Shown: one piece after another, positions 31,849 to 42,605 of the stretch
Layout of the letters: each line of letters begins with the position of its first letter
Numbering within the stretch: the stretch's first letter is position 1
NCBI GenBank assembly: GCA_963797225.1
Contig: CAWCOO010000003.1
Coordinates: 13,202-77,201, forward strand
Length of the DNA stretch: 64,000 nucleotides
From: an uncultured Microthrixaceae bacterium
Lineage (GTDB): Bacteria; Actinomycetota; Acidimicrobiia; Acidimicrobiales; Acidimicrobilacustridaceae
Direction: 5' to 3'
Made by a program: the position numbers and the translations under genes
Notes under the pieces: generated by a model
What the model was told of the DNA's origin: nothing
Database searches by the model: none
Seen by the model: the letters and a program-made list of their open reading frames with translations, nothing else

Positions 31849-32976
31849 ATGCTGCGACTCCAAGCCCCGCTCCCCGAGCGATACACCGATGCGTCCGAAG
31901 ACGAGCTCGAGGCGTGGATCGCTTCGGCCCGCGCCACGCTCGGCGACCGGCTCTTCATCCTCGGTCACCACTACCAGCGCGACGAGGTCATGCGCTGGGC
32001 CGACGCCCGGGGCGATTCCTACCGCCTCTCGGTGCTCGCCCAGGAACGACCCGACGCCGAGTACATCGTGTTCTGCGGCGTGCACTTCATGGCGGAGTCG
32101 GCCGACATCCTGACCGGTGACCACCAGCAGGTCGTCCTGCCCGACCTCAACGCCGGATGCTCGATGGCCGACATGGCCGACCTCGACCAGGTCGAGGAGG
32201 CCTGGGAGTCCCTCGGCCGGGTCACCGACCTCGACCGGCTCGTGCCGATCACCTACATGAACTCGTCCGCGTCGCTCAAGGCGTTCGTGGGCGAGCACGG
32301 CGGCGCGGTGTGCACGTCGACCAACGCGCAGGCGGTGCTCGAGTGGGCCTTCCGCCCCGAAGCCGAAGGGGGTGCCGGCGGGCGCCAGGTGCTGTTCTTC
32401 CCCGACCAGCACCTCGGGCGCAACACCGGCTACACGATGGGCTACACCGAGGACGACATGCGGGTGTGGAACCCCCGCCTCGACCTCGGCGGCCTGACCG
32501 ACGTCGAGGTCAAGGAGTCGACGTTCCTGCTGTGGAAGGGCCACTGCTCGGTGCACCAGCGCTTCCAGCCGGCCCACGTCGACGCCTTCCGGGCCGAGCA
32601 CCCCGACGGCATCGTGATCGCCCATCCCGAGTGCTCCCACGAGCTGTGCTCGGTGGCCGACCAGGTCGGCTCCACCGACTACATCATCAAGGCGGTCGAG
32701 GCCGCGCCGGCCGGCTCGACCATCGCCGTCGCCACCGAGATCCACCTGGTGCAGCGACTGGCCAACGAGACGCCGGACAAGACCATCGTCTCGCTCGACC
32801 CGCTGATCTGCCCGTGCTCGACGATGTTCCGCATCGACGCCCCCCACCTGGCGTGGGTGCTCGAGAACCTCGTCGAGGGCAACGTGGTGAACCGCATCAC
32901 CGTCGATCCGGACACCACCGAGTGGGCCAAGGTGGCGCTCGACCGGATGCTCGCCATCACCCGAGCGTCGGCCTGA
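31849..32976 (+). CDS. nadA: quinolinate synthase NadA
   Basis: ATG 31849 follows GGAGG. ..LFILGHHYQRDEV.., FCGVHFMAESADIL, LPDLNAGCSMADMA, HPECSHEL, CPCSTMFRI (Fe-S cysteine ligands). Confidence 0.9.
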   Translation: MLRLQAPLPERYTDASEDELEAWIASARATLGDRLFILGHHYQRDEVMRWADARGDSYRLSVLAQERPDAEYIVFCGVHFMAESADILTGDHQQVVLPDLNAGCSMADMADLDQVEEAWESLGRVTDLDRLVPITYMNSSASLKAFVGEHGGAVCTSTNAQAVLEWAFRPEAEGGAGGRQVLFFPDQHLGRNTGYTMGYTEDDMRVWNPRLDLGGLTDVEVKESTFLLWKGHCSVHQRFQPAHVDAFRAEHPDGIVIAHPECSHELCSVADQVGSTDYIIKAVEAAPAGSTIAVATEIHLVQRLANETPDKTIVSLDPLICPCSTMFRIDAPHLAWVLENLVEGNVVNRITVDPDTTEWAKVALDRMLAITRASA

Positions 32977-32991
32977 CCGGACCGGGCCTGA

Positions 32992-33912
32992 TCAGCCCGG
33001 GATCGACCACCCGGCTTCGGTGAAGTTCGTCTGCACCGGCGCCTGTTCCCAGAACCGACGTTGCCAGCGCTCCGGGAACGGGTAGTCGGCAAGGGTCAAC
33101 GTGACCTCGTCATCGGGGTTGTCCCACGACGTCCACTGCTTCAGGTACACCGAGCCGCCGCCGGCGACCCGGTCGATCAGCTCGAGGTAGGACGCCACCG
33201 TGGCCGGGGTCATCTCCTGGAGCGACGAGATCGACAGCGCGAGGTCGATCGAGCCGGTCTCGATCGAGTCGACGTCGGACGGGTCGACGAACCGCACGCG
33301 CTCGGGCGGGAAGAGCTCACCGAGGTACCAGCGGGAGATGTCGATGGCCGGCGCGATGTCGACGATCGTGTAGGTGGCATCCGGGAACAGGCTGAGCATC
33401 ACGTACGCCGTGCGGCCGTAGCCGGCCCCGATCTCGAGGAACGACCGAGGTGGCTCGGAGCCGAACAGGCGGCGCATGCCGGCCACCTCCAGCGCGGCGT
33501 TGGCCAGGTCCTGGGAGATCAGTCGATCGTGGGCCTCCACCGGGAGCGGCGCGCCGAGCAGCGGTTCGGGCAGCTCGAGCACGCCGGCCGGATCGTGGCG
33601 GAGGGCGTAGTCCCAGAGGAGCCGAACGGCGAACGTGTAGAAGCGCCGTTCGCCCTTCGACCAGTCGACCTCGGCCCAGGCCTCGTCGGACATCTCGGGG
33701 TTCCGCAGCGCCTTCAGCCAGGCGCCGGGCCCGGTGTTGCGGACCAGGAACCGGAGCTGCTCGCTGCGCAGGGCCGTCCCCACCCGCCATCGCCACGTGA
33801 AGTAGCGCAGGGCCTGGTGCCGCTTGACGGTGGCGAACCCGAACTCGGCCAGGTCGCGTTGGTGCTCGGCTCCGAGGCTCTGCCAGAAGCGGGACTGCTC
33901 GGGATCGGTCAT
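32992..33912 (-). CDS. SAM-dependent (putative sugar O-) methyltransferase; last gene of the sugar operon; intact
   Basis: 306 aa. SAM motif FLEIGAGYGRTAY, ..YTIVDIAP.., ..IDLALSISSLQEM... ATG 33912 lies 1 nt after the upstream stop. Confidence 0.7.
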   Translation of the reverse strand: MTDPEQSRFWQSLGAEHQRDLAEFGFATVKRHQALRYFTWRWRVGTALRSEQLRFLVRNTGPGAWLKALRNPEMSDEAWAEVDWSKGERRFYTFAVRLLWDYALRHDPAGVLELPEPLLGAPLPVEAHDRLISQDLANAALEVAGMRRLFGSEPPRSFLEIGAGYGRTAYVMLSLFPDATYTIVDIAPAIDISRWYLGELFPPERVRFVDPSDVDSIETGSIDLALSISSLQEMTPATVASYLELIDRVAGGGSVYLKQWTSWDNPDDEVTLTLADYPFPERWQRRFWEQAPVQTNFTEAGWSIPG

Positions 33913-33913
33913 G

Positions 33914-34696
33914 TCAGGCCGTGGGGTCGAGACGGCGGAGGTAGGCGCTGGGCCAGTGGGTGATGCGCTCGGTGATCGGGGTCTCGCTGAAGACGAACGG
34001 CGGAGGGTCCTCGAGCACGAACTCAGGGTGGGCGGGGAGCCACCGCTCCACCGCCACCTTCGGGTTGTCGGTGTCCCAGGTGGCCTCGCCTCGCGGCACG
34101 TCGGTCAGCCACTCCATGACCCCGTCGGTGGCGACGATGTAGGAGCCGGGGGTGACCATGCCGGCGTACGGCGTCGAGCTCGTCGAGCACGTGCTGGCGC
34201 AGGTGGTTGGAGTCGAGGATCACGAGCACGGTCTCGTCCGGTCCGATCCGCGACCGGACCTCCTCCACGATCTCGGGGGCCGTCGAGCTGCCCTCGATCA
34301 GCTCGATCGAGTCGAACATCTCGTGGGCCTCGATGGCCGTCGCGGTTGTGGGGTCGGATCTCGATGTCGACGCCGATGACCCGGCCCCTTGCCGATGGCC
34401 CGGCAGAGGCTGGCCGAGTAGATCAGCGACCCGCCGTGGGCGATGCCGGTCTCGACGATCACGTCGGGCTTCACCCGGTAGATGACCTCCTGCACGGTGA
34501 TCATGTCCTCGGGCAGCTGGATGATCGGGCGGCCCATCCACGAGAACCCGTACGGGTACTTCAGCGCCCACCCGGTGGTCACCCACACCCGCGAGAGCTC
34601 GTGGAAGGCCTCGGTCGAGTAGAGGTCGAGCGACCGTGCGTCGGGTCCGTCCCCGACGACGAGCGTCCGGGCTTCTGTGTCGATGCTGAGCTTCAT
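33914..34696 (-). pseudogene. CmcI / cephalosporin-hydroxylase-family (rhamnosyl-type) O-methyltransferase; at least 3 frame breaks
   Basis: MKLSIDTEA..GRPIIQLPEDMITVQEVIYRVKPDVIVETGIAHGGSLIYSA..AIGKG / RVIGVDIEIRPHNR / AIEAHEMFDSIELIEGSS..VLVILDSNH.. / MVTPGSYIVATDGVMEWL... Extra single bases lie near 34378, 34335 and 34160. Confidence 0.75.
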
Positions 34697-35582
34697 CGGG
34701 CCGTGGGCGCCTTCCGGTTGTCCGCGTCGCTCCAGAAGGTCGGCGACGCGATCGATCATGTCGGTGGTGGTGTGCGACGGCGACCAGCTCGTCGCCGTCA
34801 ATCGGGCGGCGTCGCCGACCGTCATCATCGGATCGTGGGCACCGTAGCCACGCGCCCCGAATCGGAGGAGGCTTCGATCGCCCACCCGATCGGCGAGCTG
34901 CTCGAGCAGCGACCGCAGCGTGATGCCGATGCCGGAGCAGACGTTGACCGGGCCCTCCACGTCGATCGAGGACAGGTGCACGAGCGCACCGGCCACGTCG
35001 TCGACGTCGAGGAAGTCACGGGTCTGCTCCCCCGGGGACAGGTCGACGGGGTGGCCCGCCGCGACCGCCCGGACGACCGAGGGGACCAGGCGGTCGGGGT
35101 GCTCCCCCGGGCCGGTGATGTTGAACAGTCGCGCCCACGTGACCCGCATCGACGGCGGCCGCAGCGAGCTGGCCAGCAGCAGCCGCAGCGCGGCCTTCGT
35201 CGCGCCGTACACCGACCACGGCTCGATCGGGTCGGACTCGCGGAGCGGGTGATCGGACGGTCGGTACTCGGCGCAGCTGCCGGCCACCACGAGGGTCCGG
35301 CACCCCCGGCGAGCGGAGGACCTCGACCAGCTCCAGCGAGGCGTCGAGGCTCCGGCGGTTCGGTCCGACCGCGGTGAGGTAGTCGGACGGATCCGCGTAC
35401 CAGCCGAGGTGGACGGCCCGATCGACGGGACGGTCGCCGACCAGCTCGGCCAGCTCCTCCGGAGTGGCCCAGGCGTGGTCGGCCCGGATCGGGTCGATGC
35501 CGTCAGCTTCGAGCCTCGCCACGACCCGCCGGCCCACGAAACCCCGAGCTCCCGTCACCAGCACCGACGGAGTGCCAGTCAC
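34693..35582 (-). pseudogene. NAD-dependent sugar epimerase/reductase (extended SDR); at least 2 frame breaks
   Basis: GTG 35582 overlaps the upstream stop (GTGA). VLVTGARGFVGRRV (Rossmann) lies in one frame. ..SVYGATKAAL.. (YxxxK) and the C-terminal part lie in another (ORF 34298..35290). That frame runs into the CmcI ATG with no stop, whereas a TGA in the neighbouring frame would give a normal ATGA junction. Confidence 0.65.
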
Positions 35583-36025
35583 TGGTGACGGACCTCCCAG
35601 TCGTAGGGGATGTCGTTGACGAAGGGGTCGAGCCGATCCGAGCGGGACGGATCGTGCGGATGGGTGCAGCAGTTGGCCACGATCGACGTCTCGTCCATGC
35701 CCTTGAACCCGTTCCACACCCCTGGCGGGATGACGACCAACGAGTAGTCGTCGGGGCCGAGGAAGACCTCCATGAGCTCGCCTCGGGTGGCGGACCCCTC
35801 GCGGTCGTCGAACAGCACGAGCTTGATGCGACCGTTGATGCAGGCGTAGTTCAGCGTCATCTCGCGGTGGCGGTGCCACCCCTTGATGACGTCGCGGTAG
35901 ACCGTCGTGAAGTAGATCTCGCCGAACTCGATGAAGTGCGGGTCGGTGCGCTTCAGCATGTGGTGCACCGTGCCGCGCTCGTCGGGGATGCGACGCAACG
36001 GCACCACGGCCACGCCTTCGATCAT
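35579..36025 (-). CDS. small RmlC-like cupin (NDP-4-keto-6-deoxyhexose 3,5- or 3-epimerase family); intact
   Basis: 148 aa: MIEGVAVVPLRRIPDERGTVHHMLK..FGEIYFTTVYRDVIKGWHRHREMTLNYACINGRIKLVLFD..VVIPPGVWNGFKG... ATGA overlap with the upstream gene. Confidence 0.75.
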   Translation of the reverse strand: MIEGVAVVPLRRIPDERGTVHHMLKRTDPHFIEFGEIYFTTVYRDVIKGWHRHREMTLNYACINGRIKLVLFDDREGSATRGELMEVFLGPDDYSLVVIPPGVWNGFKGMDETSIVANCCTHPHDPSRSDRLDPFVNDIPYDWEVRHQ

Positions 36026-37270
36026 CGCTCGACGACCCGCAGCTCGGGGATGGGGACGATGAACGCGCCACCGAGGTCGAGGTACTCCTGTTGCTGCCCG
36101 ATGATCTCGTCGGCGAAGTTCCAGGCGAGGAGGAGCACGTGGTCGGGGCGATCCTCGACCAGTCGGGCGGTGTCGGCGATCGGGATGCCGACCCCCGGCA
36201 TGATCAGCCCGTGCTTGTGGTGGTTCCGGTCGACCACGACGTCGATCAGCTCGTGATCGATGCCGAAGTGGTTGAGCAGCACGGCGCCCTTGGCCGCGGC
36301 GCCGTAGGCCGCGAGCCGTGAGCCCTCGTCGTGCAGCCGGCGCACGAGCGCGACGGTCGCCTGCTTCAGCTGCTCGACCCGGTCGACGAAGTCGGCGTAG
36401 TAGCCGGTACCGGCGACGCCGAGCGTCGCTTCCTCTGCCAGCAGGCCGGTGACCGCGGCCGACGGCTCGGCGGCGGCCGTGTGGCGCAGGTGGATGCGCA
36501 GCGAGCCGCCGTGGATGGCCAGCCGCTCGACGTCGGCGACGACGAGGCCGTGGCGGGCGGCCAGCGCCTGACCGCGGTGAGCGAGTAGTAGAAGACGTGC
36601 TCGTGGTAGATCGTGTCGAACTCGACCGGCCGCGATCAGGTCGACGACGTAGGGCGTCTCGATCACCGCCACTCCGCCGTCGGCCAGCAGGATGCTGATG
36701 CCGGCCGACGAAGTCGTTGATGTCGGGGACGTGGGCCATCACGTTGTTGGCGTGCATCACGTCGGCCCGACGACCCTCGTCGCGCAGCCGCGACGGCCGT
36801 CTCGGTGCCGAAGTACTCGACGAGCGTCGGGACGCCGCGCTCGTTGGCCACCTCGGCGACGTTGGCGCGCCGGATCGATGCCGAGCACGGGCACGCCGAG
36901 GTCGACGTAGTGCTTCAGCAGGTAGCCGTCGTTGCTGGCCACCTCGACCACGAGGCTCGTCGGCACCGAGATCGAGCTCCGCGGGTCAGGCGCTCCGCGA
37001 GGGCCTGCATGTCGGCGACCATCGTCGTCGAGAAGCTCGAGAAGTAGTGGTACGTGTCGAACATCACGCCCGGGTCGACCGTCACCGTCAGCTGCACCAG
37101 CGAGCACGACGGTGCACACGACCGTCGCCAGCGGGAAGCGCAGCTCGGGCGCGGCGTCGTCGGGCCGCCGCAGCGCGTTGGCCAGCGGCTGGCAGCCCGA
37201 GGTCGAGCACCGGTTCGAGCGTCGGTCGCTGCCGCACGACCGGCACTCGGTGACGTCGGTGACGCTCATG
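36022..37270 (-). pseudogene. NDP-hexose C-methyltransferase (TylCIII-like: Zn-ribbon, SAM fold, C-terminal domain); at least 8 frame breaks
   Basis: Fragments across all three frames: [14 protein letters not shown] / LEPVLDLGL / [16 protein letters not shown] / [24 protein letters not shown] / [24 protein letters not shown] / [14 protein letters not shown] / HANNVMAHVPDINDFV / AVIETPYVVDLI / ..IHGGSLRIHL..AAYGAAAKG..VVDRNHHKHG..LLLAWNFADEI. Confidence 0.75.
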
Positions 37271-38257
37271 TCGCGCGCTCCAGCCATGTGCGGTACCAGG
37301 CCACCGTGCGGCCGGAGCCCTTCGTCGAGGCCGACCGAGGGCGACCAGCCGAGCTCGGTGCGGGCCCGGGTGGCGTCGAGGTACTGCGCCCGGATCTCGG
37401 CGGTGGCCTCGTTGCGGACGTCGGGCGCGATGTCGGTGCCCATCACCTGCTGCAGCCGGTCGACGAGCTCGAGCACCGTGAGCGGGGTCTCGACCGAGAA
37501 GTTGTAGGCCCGACCGGCCAGCTCGGGCCGCTCGGCCAGGGCCTCGGCGGTGGCGATGTAGGCCGCGGCGCCGTCCTCGGCGTAGAGGTAGTCGCGGACG
37601 AACTGGCCGTCGGAGCGGATGACCGGGCGCCGACCGTGGTGGAGGTCGCGGATGACACCGGGGACCAGCCGGTTGAAGTTGAGGTCGCCGCCGCCGTAGA
37701 AGTTGCCGCAGCGGGTGATCGACACGGGCAGGTCCCAGGTGCTGGCGTAGCTCTGGCTGATGAGGTCGGCGCAGGACTTGCTGGCGTCGTAGGGGTTGAC
37801 GCCCCTGCAGCGGCATGTCCTCGGAGTACGGGCAGCACGTCGTGCGTCGCCGTAGGCCTTGTCGGACGACGCCACCACGATCTGCTCGACCAGCGGACTG
37901 CGCCGGCAGGCCTCGAGCACGCGTCCAGGTGCCCCGGATGTTGGAGTCGAAGGTGGAGACGGGGTTGCGGTTGGCCACGCCCACGATGGCCTGGGCCGCC
38001 AGGTGGAACACCGTGCGGATCTCGCGCTCGCCCAGCACCCGTTCGACGAGCGGCCTGGTCGACGATGTCACCGTCGACCACGATGACCCGCCGGTCGAGA
38101 CCGTCGAGCGACGAGCCGGCTGAACGGCACCTGGTCGCGAACGAGGCAGACCACGTCCGCGCCGCCGGCGGAGCAGGTCCTCGACCAGCCAGCCGCCGAG
38201 CAGGCCGGTGGCGCCGGTGACCAGCACCGGACGGTCCTGCCAGTCGAGCGGCGTCAT
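37267..38257 (-). pseudogene. rfbG: CDP-glucose 4,6-dehydratase; at least 7 frame breaks
   Basis: MTPLDWQDRPVLVTGATGLLGGWLVEDLL / ..[12 protein letters not shown] / [30 protein letters not shown] / ..[10 protein letters not shown] / [10 protein letters not shown] / [38 protein letters not shown].. / [18 protein letters not shown] overlaps at both ends. Confidence 0.75.
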
Positions 38258-39034
38258 GCCCAGGCCTTCCAGGGCGCCTGCCCGGAGTCCCACAGGGTCT
38301 GCAGGGTGCGCACGTCGCGCAGGGTGTCCATCGACTGCCAGAAGCCCTCGTGGCGGAAGGCGTTGAGCTGGCCGTCGGCGGCCAGTCCCTCGAGCACGTC
38401 GGACTCGAAGCTCGCGTCGTCGTCCTCGATGCGGTCGAGCACCGCGCGATCGAGCACCATGAAGCCACCGTTGATCCAGCCTTCGCCGATCTGGGGCTTC
38501 TCGGTGAAGTCGGCCACCACCGGTCCCGTCGAGCACGAGGCCGCCGAAGCGGGCCGGTGGGCGGATGGCGGTGATCGTGGCCAGCCGGCCCTGCGCGCGG
38601 TGGAACGCGACCAGCTCGTCGAGGTCGACGGTGCAGAGACCGTCGCCGTAGGTCAGGCAGAAGAGGTCGTCGGTGAGCCAGCGGAGCGAGGCGCCGCACC
38701 CGGCCGCCGGTGTTCGTGGTCAGGCCGGTGTCGACCAGGTCGACGGTCCAGTCCTCGTGGCGGTCGCCGCTCACCTCCACCTCGCCGGTGCGCGTCGTCA
38801 CCGTCGAGGTCGGCCGCGCATCAGCCGGTAGTCGAGGAAGAAGCGCTTGACGACCTCGCCCTTGTAGCCGAGGGCCACGACGAAGTGCTGCATGGCGGCC
38901 GCTTCGTAGACCTTCATGATGTGCCAGAGCATCGGCATGCCGCCGATCTCGACCATCGGCTTGGGGACCCGTTCGGTCTCTTCGGACAGGCGTGTGCCCA
39001 AACCGCCTGCCAAGACAACGACCCGCAACGCCAT
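38254..39034 (-). pseudogene. rfbF: glucose-1-phosphate cytidylyltransferase; 3 frame breaks
   Basis: ATG 39034 follows AGGAGGA. MALRVVVLAGGLGTRLSEETERVPKPMVEIGGMPMLWHIMKVY.. / ..TRTGEVEVSGDRHEDWTVDLVDTGLTTNTGGR / LRWLTDDLFCLTYGDGLCTVDLDELVAFHRAQGRLATITAIRPPARFG / VADFTEKPQIGEGWINGGFMV..FWQSMDTLRD. Breaks lie near 38815, 38690 and 38520. Confidence 0.8.
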
Positions 39035-39311
39035 TCCTCCTAGCCGGCGGGCGACGGTCACCCATGGCAGCTCTCCATGTAGACGAAGACGCCGACGAGG
39101 GTAGTTGTCGAGGTCTGGACCTCACCGGATACCCGACGGCGCTGCTTCCCATCGGCCGACGGCCCCATGGCTTGAGGAACCGGGCGGTGCCCGGACCCGG
39201 GAACGGCCATCGTCCAGGCCGATTCCGGGCCGTGCTTAGACTTCGCTCGTGTCGGCCGATGACTCCAAGAGATGACCGGAGTGGAGCGCGTTCCCGCGGG
39301 CCGAAGCACCC

Positions 39312-40501
39312 ATGACCGCCCCTAGCCTGGGCGCTCGCTGGCGGGCCGTCGCCGTTCCGATGGCCCTGTTGCGCCTCGGCGGCCAGGCCGCCGAGTTCAT
39401 CGGCTGGGCCCTGCTGGCCCGCCGGTTGGGCACCAGCGCCTTCGGTGAGATCGCCATCGCGTTCCTGCTCGCCCGCTACGCCGGGCTGGTCGCCGACTGG
39501 GGCGCGTCGTTCCGAGGAGCACGCGCGACGTGGCCTCCAAGGGCCGCCACGGGTCGGTCCACGCCTACGTGCGCAAGCGCAGCCTCCTCGCCGCCGGTCT
39601 GGGGCTGGGTGGCGCGCTGCTCGCCGTCGCCATCGGTCAGGCCGAGCTGGCGCCCTTCGCGGTGGTGATCGTCAGCATCGGCATGTCGCGGGACTGGATC
39701 GCCATCGGTCGTGAGCGTGGGCTCCGGGCCGGCATACCGCTGGCGGTCCAGGGCGCGGTGCTCGTCGCGCTCAGCCTGGTCATCACGACGCCCGGCGGGG
39801 CGGCGCTCGCGGTCGCCGCGGCCTACGGGCTGAGCGTCATCACGTCGATACTCCTCAACCCGCTCGATCCCGAGGTCGGCGACGACGAGGAGATGTCGTC
39901 GAACACCTACGGGTGGATCCTGGCCGCGGTGCTGGCCAACCAGGTGACGTCGTCCACCGACACGGTCCTGCTGGGCCTGCTGCAGTCGACGTCCGCCGCG
40001 GGCATCTACGCGGCCGTGTACCGGATCCCCAACGCCTGGCTGGCCATCCTCACCCTGATGCTCGGCAGCCTGCTGCCCATGGCGACCACCAGCCGCCACG
40101 AGGACATCGAGGGCCACCACCGGCTGCGGGCCCGATCGTTGAAGGTGAGCGCCATCGGTGCCGGGCTGGTGCTGCTGGTGACCCCGATCTCGTGGTTCCT
40201 GGTGCCGGTGCTGTTCGGACCCGCCTTCGACTCGGGTCGGGCGCCGCTGGTGATCCTCATGGTGGCGACGGCGGTGATCACCCTGGCGGCGCCGCTCCAC
40301 CCCTTCGCCCTGTCCTCAGGGCACGATCGGAGCTACGCGCTCATCCTCGTGCTGGGCGCGACCGGCAACATCCTGGCCAACCTGCTGATCATCCCGGTGC
40401 TGGGCATGGTCGGAGCCGCCCTGACCACCCTCTGCGCGCAGATCGTGATCGCCGCCCTGCTCTGGCGCCTCGCCCATCGAGCGCCCGAAGCGGCGCCCTG
40501 A
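39312..40501 (+). CDS. polysaccharide flippase (Wzx/MOP superfamily); one frame break near 39520
   Basis: About 396 aa, multi-TM throughout. The N-terminal 65 aa (ORF 39312..39668) join ORF 39530..40501 at ..ASFRGAR/DVASKG.. in a CGCGCG run. Divergent from the sugar operon. Confidence 0.7.
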
Positions 40502-40508
40502 CCCCGGC

Positions 40509-41411
40509 TCAACGCGGGTCGGGCCGCCGACGGACCCGCCGGCCGAGCAGGCGCAGGTACTTCGGGATCGACGGGATGACGAAGCGCCGCACGACGATGC
40601 CGGCGACGTGGAGGCCCAGCGTCACCCGGCGGACGGCTCCGAGCTCCCGATACACGGGTGACGCCCATCCGATCTCACGAAAGGCCGACCACGCGATGGC
40701 CAGCTGCGGGAGCTCGCCCTCGAACCACGTGAACCCGAGGGTGCGGGCGACGTGGCCGAGCGACCGCGTCGCGCCCCCGACCGAGCGGGTGAGCACGGCC
40801 TCGGGCGCGCTCACCATGCCACCGAGGAACGCCGTCTCGGCCATCAGGAACCAGTCCATGCCCATCCGGTGCCGCATCGCCACCAGGTCCGACGCGACCG
40901 ATCCACGGGTCACGCCGTAGAAGGAGCCGTTGTCGCCGACCTGGCGGTAGTAGGCGACCACCCGGGACGGGCCGGCGGTCTGGTCGCAGACGATGACCTC
41001 GCCCTCGCGGACGTCACGATCACCGTCGACGTAGCGGACCAGGCCGGCGACATGCGCCACCTCGGGTCGCCGATCGAGCACGGCGAGGCACGTCGAGATG
41101 TAGGACGGCGAGAGCTGGTCGTCGTCGCCCAGCCACATCACGAACGCTCCGGTGCAGGCGGCGCGGACCCGGTTGTAGTTCTCGATGGGGCCGAGGTTCT
41201 CGTCGTTGCGCAGGTAGCGGACCCGACCCGGATGCTGCTCGACCAGGCTGCGGGCGTACTCCTCGGTGCCGTCGGTCGAGGCGTTGTCGGAGATGACCAC
41301 CTCGACGTCGAGGTGGTCCTGGGCGAACACCGACTCCACGGCCGAGCGCAGACGATCGGCCCGGTTGTAGGTGGGGATGCCGACGCTCACCAGTCGGCTG
41401 GGTTCGCTCAT
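40509..41411 (-). CDS. family 2 glycosyltransferase
   Basis: VSVGIPTYNRADRL, VVISDNASTDGT, ..WLGDDD.. (DXD). 300 aa, intact. Confidence 0.85.
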   Translation of the reverse strand: MSEPSRLVSVGIPTYNRADRLRSAVESVFAQDHLDVEVVISDNASTDGTEEYARSLVEQHPGRVRYLRNDENLGPIENYNRVRAACTGAFVMWLGDDDQLSPSYISTCLAVLDRRPEVAHVAGLVRYVDGDRDVREGEVIVCDQTAGPSRVVAYYRQVGDNGSFYGVTRGSVASDLVAMRHRMGMDWFLMAETAFLGGMVSAPEAVLTRSVGGATRSLGHVARTLGFTWFEGELPQLAIAWSAFREIGWASPVYRELGAVRRVTLGLHVAGIVVRRFVIPSIPKYLRLLGRRVRRRPDPR

Positions 41412-41488
41412 CGCGAGCCTTTCGCATCACTCGGGCGTCAGAAGGGCGCTGCGTAGAATCCGGCCATGATCCCGGGACCGACCCCACC

Positions 41489-42605
41489 GTGACCGTGGGG
41501 GGCAGGCCCGTGGTGGCCATGGTGCACCTCGGTCGGACCGGGGGCATGGGGGCCAGGGTCCGGACGGACGGCTTGATCGACATCTTCGAACAGGCGGGGG
41601 CCGAGATCGTGGATGTCCCCCTCATGGTCGACCATCGGGTCCGGCCGGTCGACCTGCTCCATCCCGGGCTGGCCGCGGTCGTCACCGGCCGCACGGTGCC
41701 CGAGTCGCTGGCGTGGAGCCACCGCTCGACCCTCGCCACGCTCGAGGCGATCGATCCGACGGTGGTGGTGTGCGCCACCGCGCGCTGCGTACCACCCGAG
41801 CCTGCGGGAGGGGCCGTGGACGGTGGTGCTCGACTACGTCGATCGCCTGTCCGACAGCTACCGCGACCGGGCGCTGATCCGGGGCCGGTCGGCCCCGGCC
41901 CTGGGCTTCCGGGTCCTGGCCGCGCTGGCCGCCCGCTTCGAGGCCCGACCGGTGCCCGAGGACATGATCGGGATCGCGGCCGGCTGGGCCGATGCGCGGT
42001 CGCTGGGGCTCGAATGGGTGCCGATCACCCGCCGCCTGCCACCCGAGCGCGAGGACCGCGCTCCGACGCACGACGTCGTGTTCGTGGGGAAGCTCTCCTA
42101 TGAGCCGAACGTCGAGGCCATCGAGCGGCTGGCCCGCATCTGGCCGTCGATCGAACGACGTCGCCCGGCCACCACGATGCTGCTGGCCGGCGCCCGACCG
42201 ACCCCGCAGGTGCTCGACCTGGCGGACAGGCTCGGGTGGAGCGTCCAGATCGACTTCCCCGACCTCGGCGACCTCATGGCTCGGGTACGGCTGGCCGCGG
42301 TGCCGCTGGTGCACGCCAGCGGCATCCAGACCAAGGTGCTCGACGCCGCCATGTACGGCGTGCCCCAGGTCATGAGCCCCATCGCTGCCGAAGGCCTCGG
42401 ACCCGACTTCCCGGCCGTCGTGGCCGACGACGACGTCCGCTTCGCGGACGGGATCGTCGAGCTGCTCGACGATCCCGGTCGCCTCCTCGATCTCGGTCGT
42501 CGGTCGCGACAGCACTTCGCCGACACCTACACGCCCGGCCGCTGGGTGAGCTGGGCCGAGCAGGCCCTCGCCACCGCCGGCTCGTCGCCGCGGCGCGATG
42601 GCTAG
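41489..42605 (+). CDS. GT-B fold glycosyltransferase (family 4/1-like); one frame break near 41790
   Basis: C-terminal half has VVFVGKLSYEPNVEAI.., ..LLAGARP.., ..SGIQTKVLDAAMYGVPQV... ORF 41489.. and ORF 41613..42605 join at ..VVVCATAR/YHPSLREGPW... The start may instead be ATG 41519. A TAGAAT hexamer at 41454-41459 lies in the 77-nt divergent spacer. Confidence 0.7.
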
